The position numbers and the translations under genes were made by a program. The notes under the pieces were generated by a model. That model saw nothing but the letters and a program-made list of their open reading frames with translations, did no database searches and was not told the DNA's origin. Below are positions 62,201 to 64,000 of a DNA stretch of 64,000 nucleotides, one piece after another. The stretch's first letter is position 1; every line of letters begins with the position of its first letter. Location of the stretch: positions 96,001 to 160,000 of the forward strand of contig JAZRKN010000001.1 in the NCBI GenBank assembly GCA_045646345.1. The letters run 5' to 3'. Source of the stretch: Candidatus Scatovivens sp. (lineage in GTDB: Bacteria > Bacillota > Clostridia > TANB77 > CAG-508).

Positions 62201-63290
62201 TTACAAATTAGAAAAAATAGAATCAATTTGTTTAATACTAATAATCATGACTAATAAATTAATATTAAATATTCCATATTATATTGTTGATCTTGTTGGA
62301 AGTAGTGCAATAATAAATATTATATATATAGGAACAATAGATTTATTATTGACTCTTTTTATAATAAAATTATTGGATAATTTTGAAAATGCAGATATTT
62401 TAGATATTTCTGAATTCTTAGGAGGTAAGCCTTTAAAAATTTTTATTGGCTTAATTAGTATTGCTCTTTTTTTATTAGTTTCTTTTATAACCTTAATTGA
62501 TTTTTCAAATGTTTTGCACACAATATATTTTTCTAATTTTCCTATGATATATATAATATTTTATTTTATCGCAGGTATTTTGATTGCAAATTTGATTGGT
62601 TTAAAATCTTTATCAAGGACTATAACTTTTATAATACCATTTACTATAATTAGTACCCTTGTAACATTTTTTACATCACTTGGAAATCTTGATATAAAAG
62701 ACTTAACACCTATACTAGGAGAAAGTTATTATCAAACATTTATCGTTGGATTAAGTAACTGCTTTTCAATGTATATAATAGTATATCTTTATTTTTTTAA
62801 ACCTTTATTAAAAGATACCAAAGATTTTAAATCAATATCTATAATTTCATATATAATCTCATTTTTCTTACTTTTACTTACAATCATTCCAATGCTTACA
62901 CTTTTTAATACAAGTTCAAACAGTGAACCTATAAATTCTTTATTTTTGCTTTCAAGACAGATTGAACTTGGTAGATTTTTGCAAAGAATAGATGCAATTT
63001 TTATATTTTTATGGATATCAGCAATATTCGCTTATTTAAGTTTTATATTGTTTTTAATTAATAGAATTATAAATAAAATAATTCCTGTTTCAAATGAACA
63101 AATGCTTTCTTATTCCACTTGTAGTATTCTATTTGGAATCACTTTAATTCCAATAAATATTGCTCAAATACATTTTATTGAAGATACTCTTTATAGATAT
63201 CTTATTATTGGATTTATGTTTGGAATAGATTTTTTTATTTTAATACTTGCAAATTTAAAAAAGAAATATTTTAAAAAAGTTAGGAATTAA
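62190..63290 (+). CDS. gerKB: Spore germination receptor subunit B (GerKB/GerAB, APC-like membrane protein)
   Basis: ~10 TM, FLQRIDAIFIFLWI motif, located between the A and C subunits; intact. Confidence 0.85.
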   Translation: MQNNYKLEKIESICLILIIMTNKLILNIPYYIVDLVGSSAIINIIYIGTIDLLLTLFIIKLLDNFENADILDISEFLGGKPLKIFIGLISIALFLLVSFITLIDFSNVLHTIYFSNFPMIYIIFYFIAGILIANLIGLKSLSRTITFIIPFTIISTLVTFFTSLGNLDIKDLTPILGESYYQTFIVGLSNCFSMYIIVYLYFFKPLLKDTKDFKSISIISYIISFFLLLLTIIPMLTLFNTSSNSEPINSLFLLSRQIELGRFLQRIDAIFIFLWISAIFAYLSFILFLINRIINKIIPVSNEQMLSYSTCSILFGITLIPINIAQIHFIEDTLYRYLIIGFMFGIDFFILILANLKKKYFKKVRN

Positions 63291-63296
63291 ATAAAT

Positions 63297-64000
63297 ATGA
63301 TTTTCAAAAAAGTATTTTTAATAATTATTCTTATAAGTTGTTTATTTATATTTTGTGGTTGTTATAATACAATGGGAATTGATAAACAATACTTTATTGT
63401 TTCTTTAGGTCTGGATATAACAGACCAAAACAATTTAGCTTTAAGTGTTCAAATTCCATTTCCATCTAGCAATTCAAACAGTAGCGATTCTGCCCAATCT
63501 AGCGAATATCAAATTTATACTGTTGAAGCTCGAACTATTGATGAATGTTTATCTATTTTAAATAATTATTTAAATAAAAAAATTAACCTTTCTCATTGTT
63601 CTGCGTTGGTCATTTCAGAAAATCTTGCACGGAAAACGGAATTGAATCTTATATCAATACATTAACAAACAACACTGAATTAAGACATAGTTGCGAAATC
63701 ATTGTTAGTAGTACAACAGCAAAAGATGTTTTAGATAAGGTATCTAATTCTGGTGAAGTATTTTCGGCAAGACTTTTTGATTATTTATCAACTAGTGCAG
63801 ATTACACGGGTTATACAATTCAATCTACTTTTGGTGATTTTTTCCAAAGTTTAGATAATGATTATTATCACCCTTGTTCAATTTATGTTTCAGTTTTAGA
63901 TGATACAATTCAAACAAATGGAATTGCTATTTTTCAAAATGATTATATGTTAGGACATATTGATATTTCTAATTCAATTTCTCATTTAATGGTAACTAAT
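63297..64000 (+). CDS. gerKC: Spore germination receptor lipoprotein subunit C (GerKC), interrupted by a net +2 frameshift at 63630-63640; 3' end outside window
   Basis: Lipobox-like FCGC, IVSLGLD, NLSHCSALVISENLA. It continues in another frame from 63638: GIESYINTLTNNTELR...NGIAIFQNDYMLGHI, open to the window end. Confidence 0.85.

Noticed and set aside
62190-63290. AGG codons as additional frameshift signals
   Set aside because: gerKB (TCA AGG ACT), gerKA (GGT AGG GTC) and capA contain in-frame AGG with the conserved frame continuing.
63297-63665. 122-aa ORF as a complete small lipoprotein
   Set aside because: GerC-like sequence continues in another frame to the window end.

Overview
64 kb of a very AT-rich, spore-forming Clostridia-like chromosome, with most genes on the - strand. 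I saw no rRNA, tRNA, CRISPR array or IS element. Contents in order: (1) rlmN, PP2C phosphatase and PASTA Ser/Thr kinase. (2) A ~32 kb rhamnose cell-wall/surface glycan locus (4.1-36.7 kb) with rmlDACB, galE, Wzm/Wzt, Wzx, two GtrA-type flippases, many GT2 enzymes, five GT-C-like membrane proteins and a 1229-aa methyltransferase/kinase-like/coiled-coil/GT2x2 fusion. (3) Housekeeping genes (glmU, typA, plsC, cmk, glgP, cdd, dxs) interspersed with stand-alone orphan genes. (4) Sporulation/germination genes spoIVA and gerKA-KB-KC. The strongest signal is in the germination operon: gerKA and gerKC are both broken exactly at an in-frame CGG codon followed by A. They become full-length, conserved-looking proteins if CGGA is read as one step (C-GGA, Gly), once in gerKA and twice in tandem in gerKC. 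By manual scan, in-frame CGG is absent from the conserved genes of the window. This points to a possible CGG-triggered +1 recoding (quadruplet/hungry-codon) system gating germination genes. It is an inference; assembly error or pseudogenisation must still be excluded.
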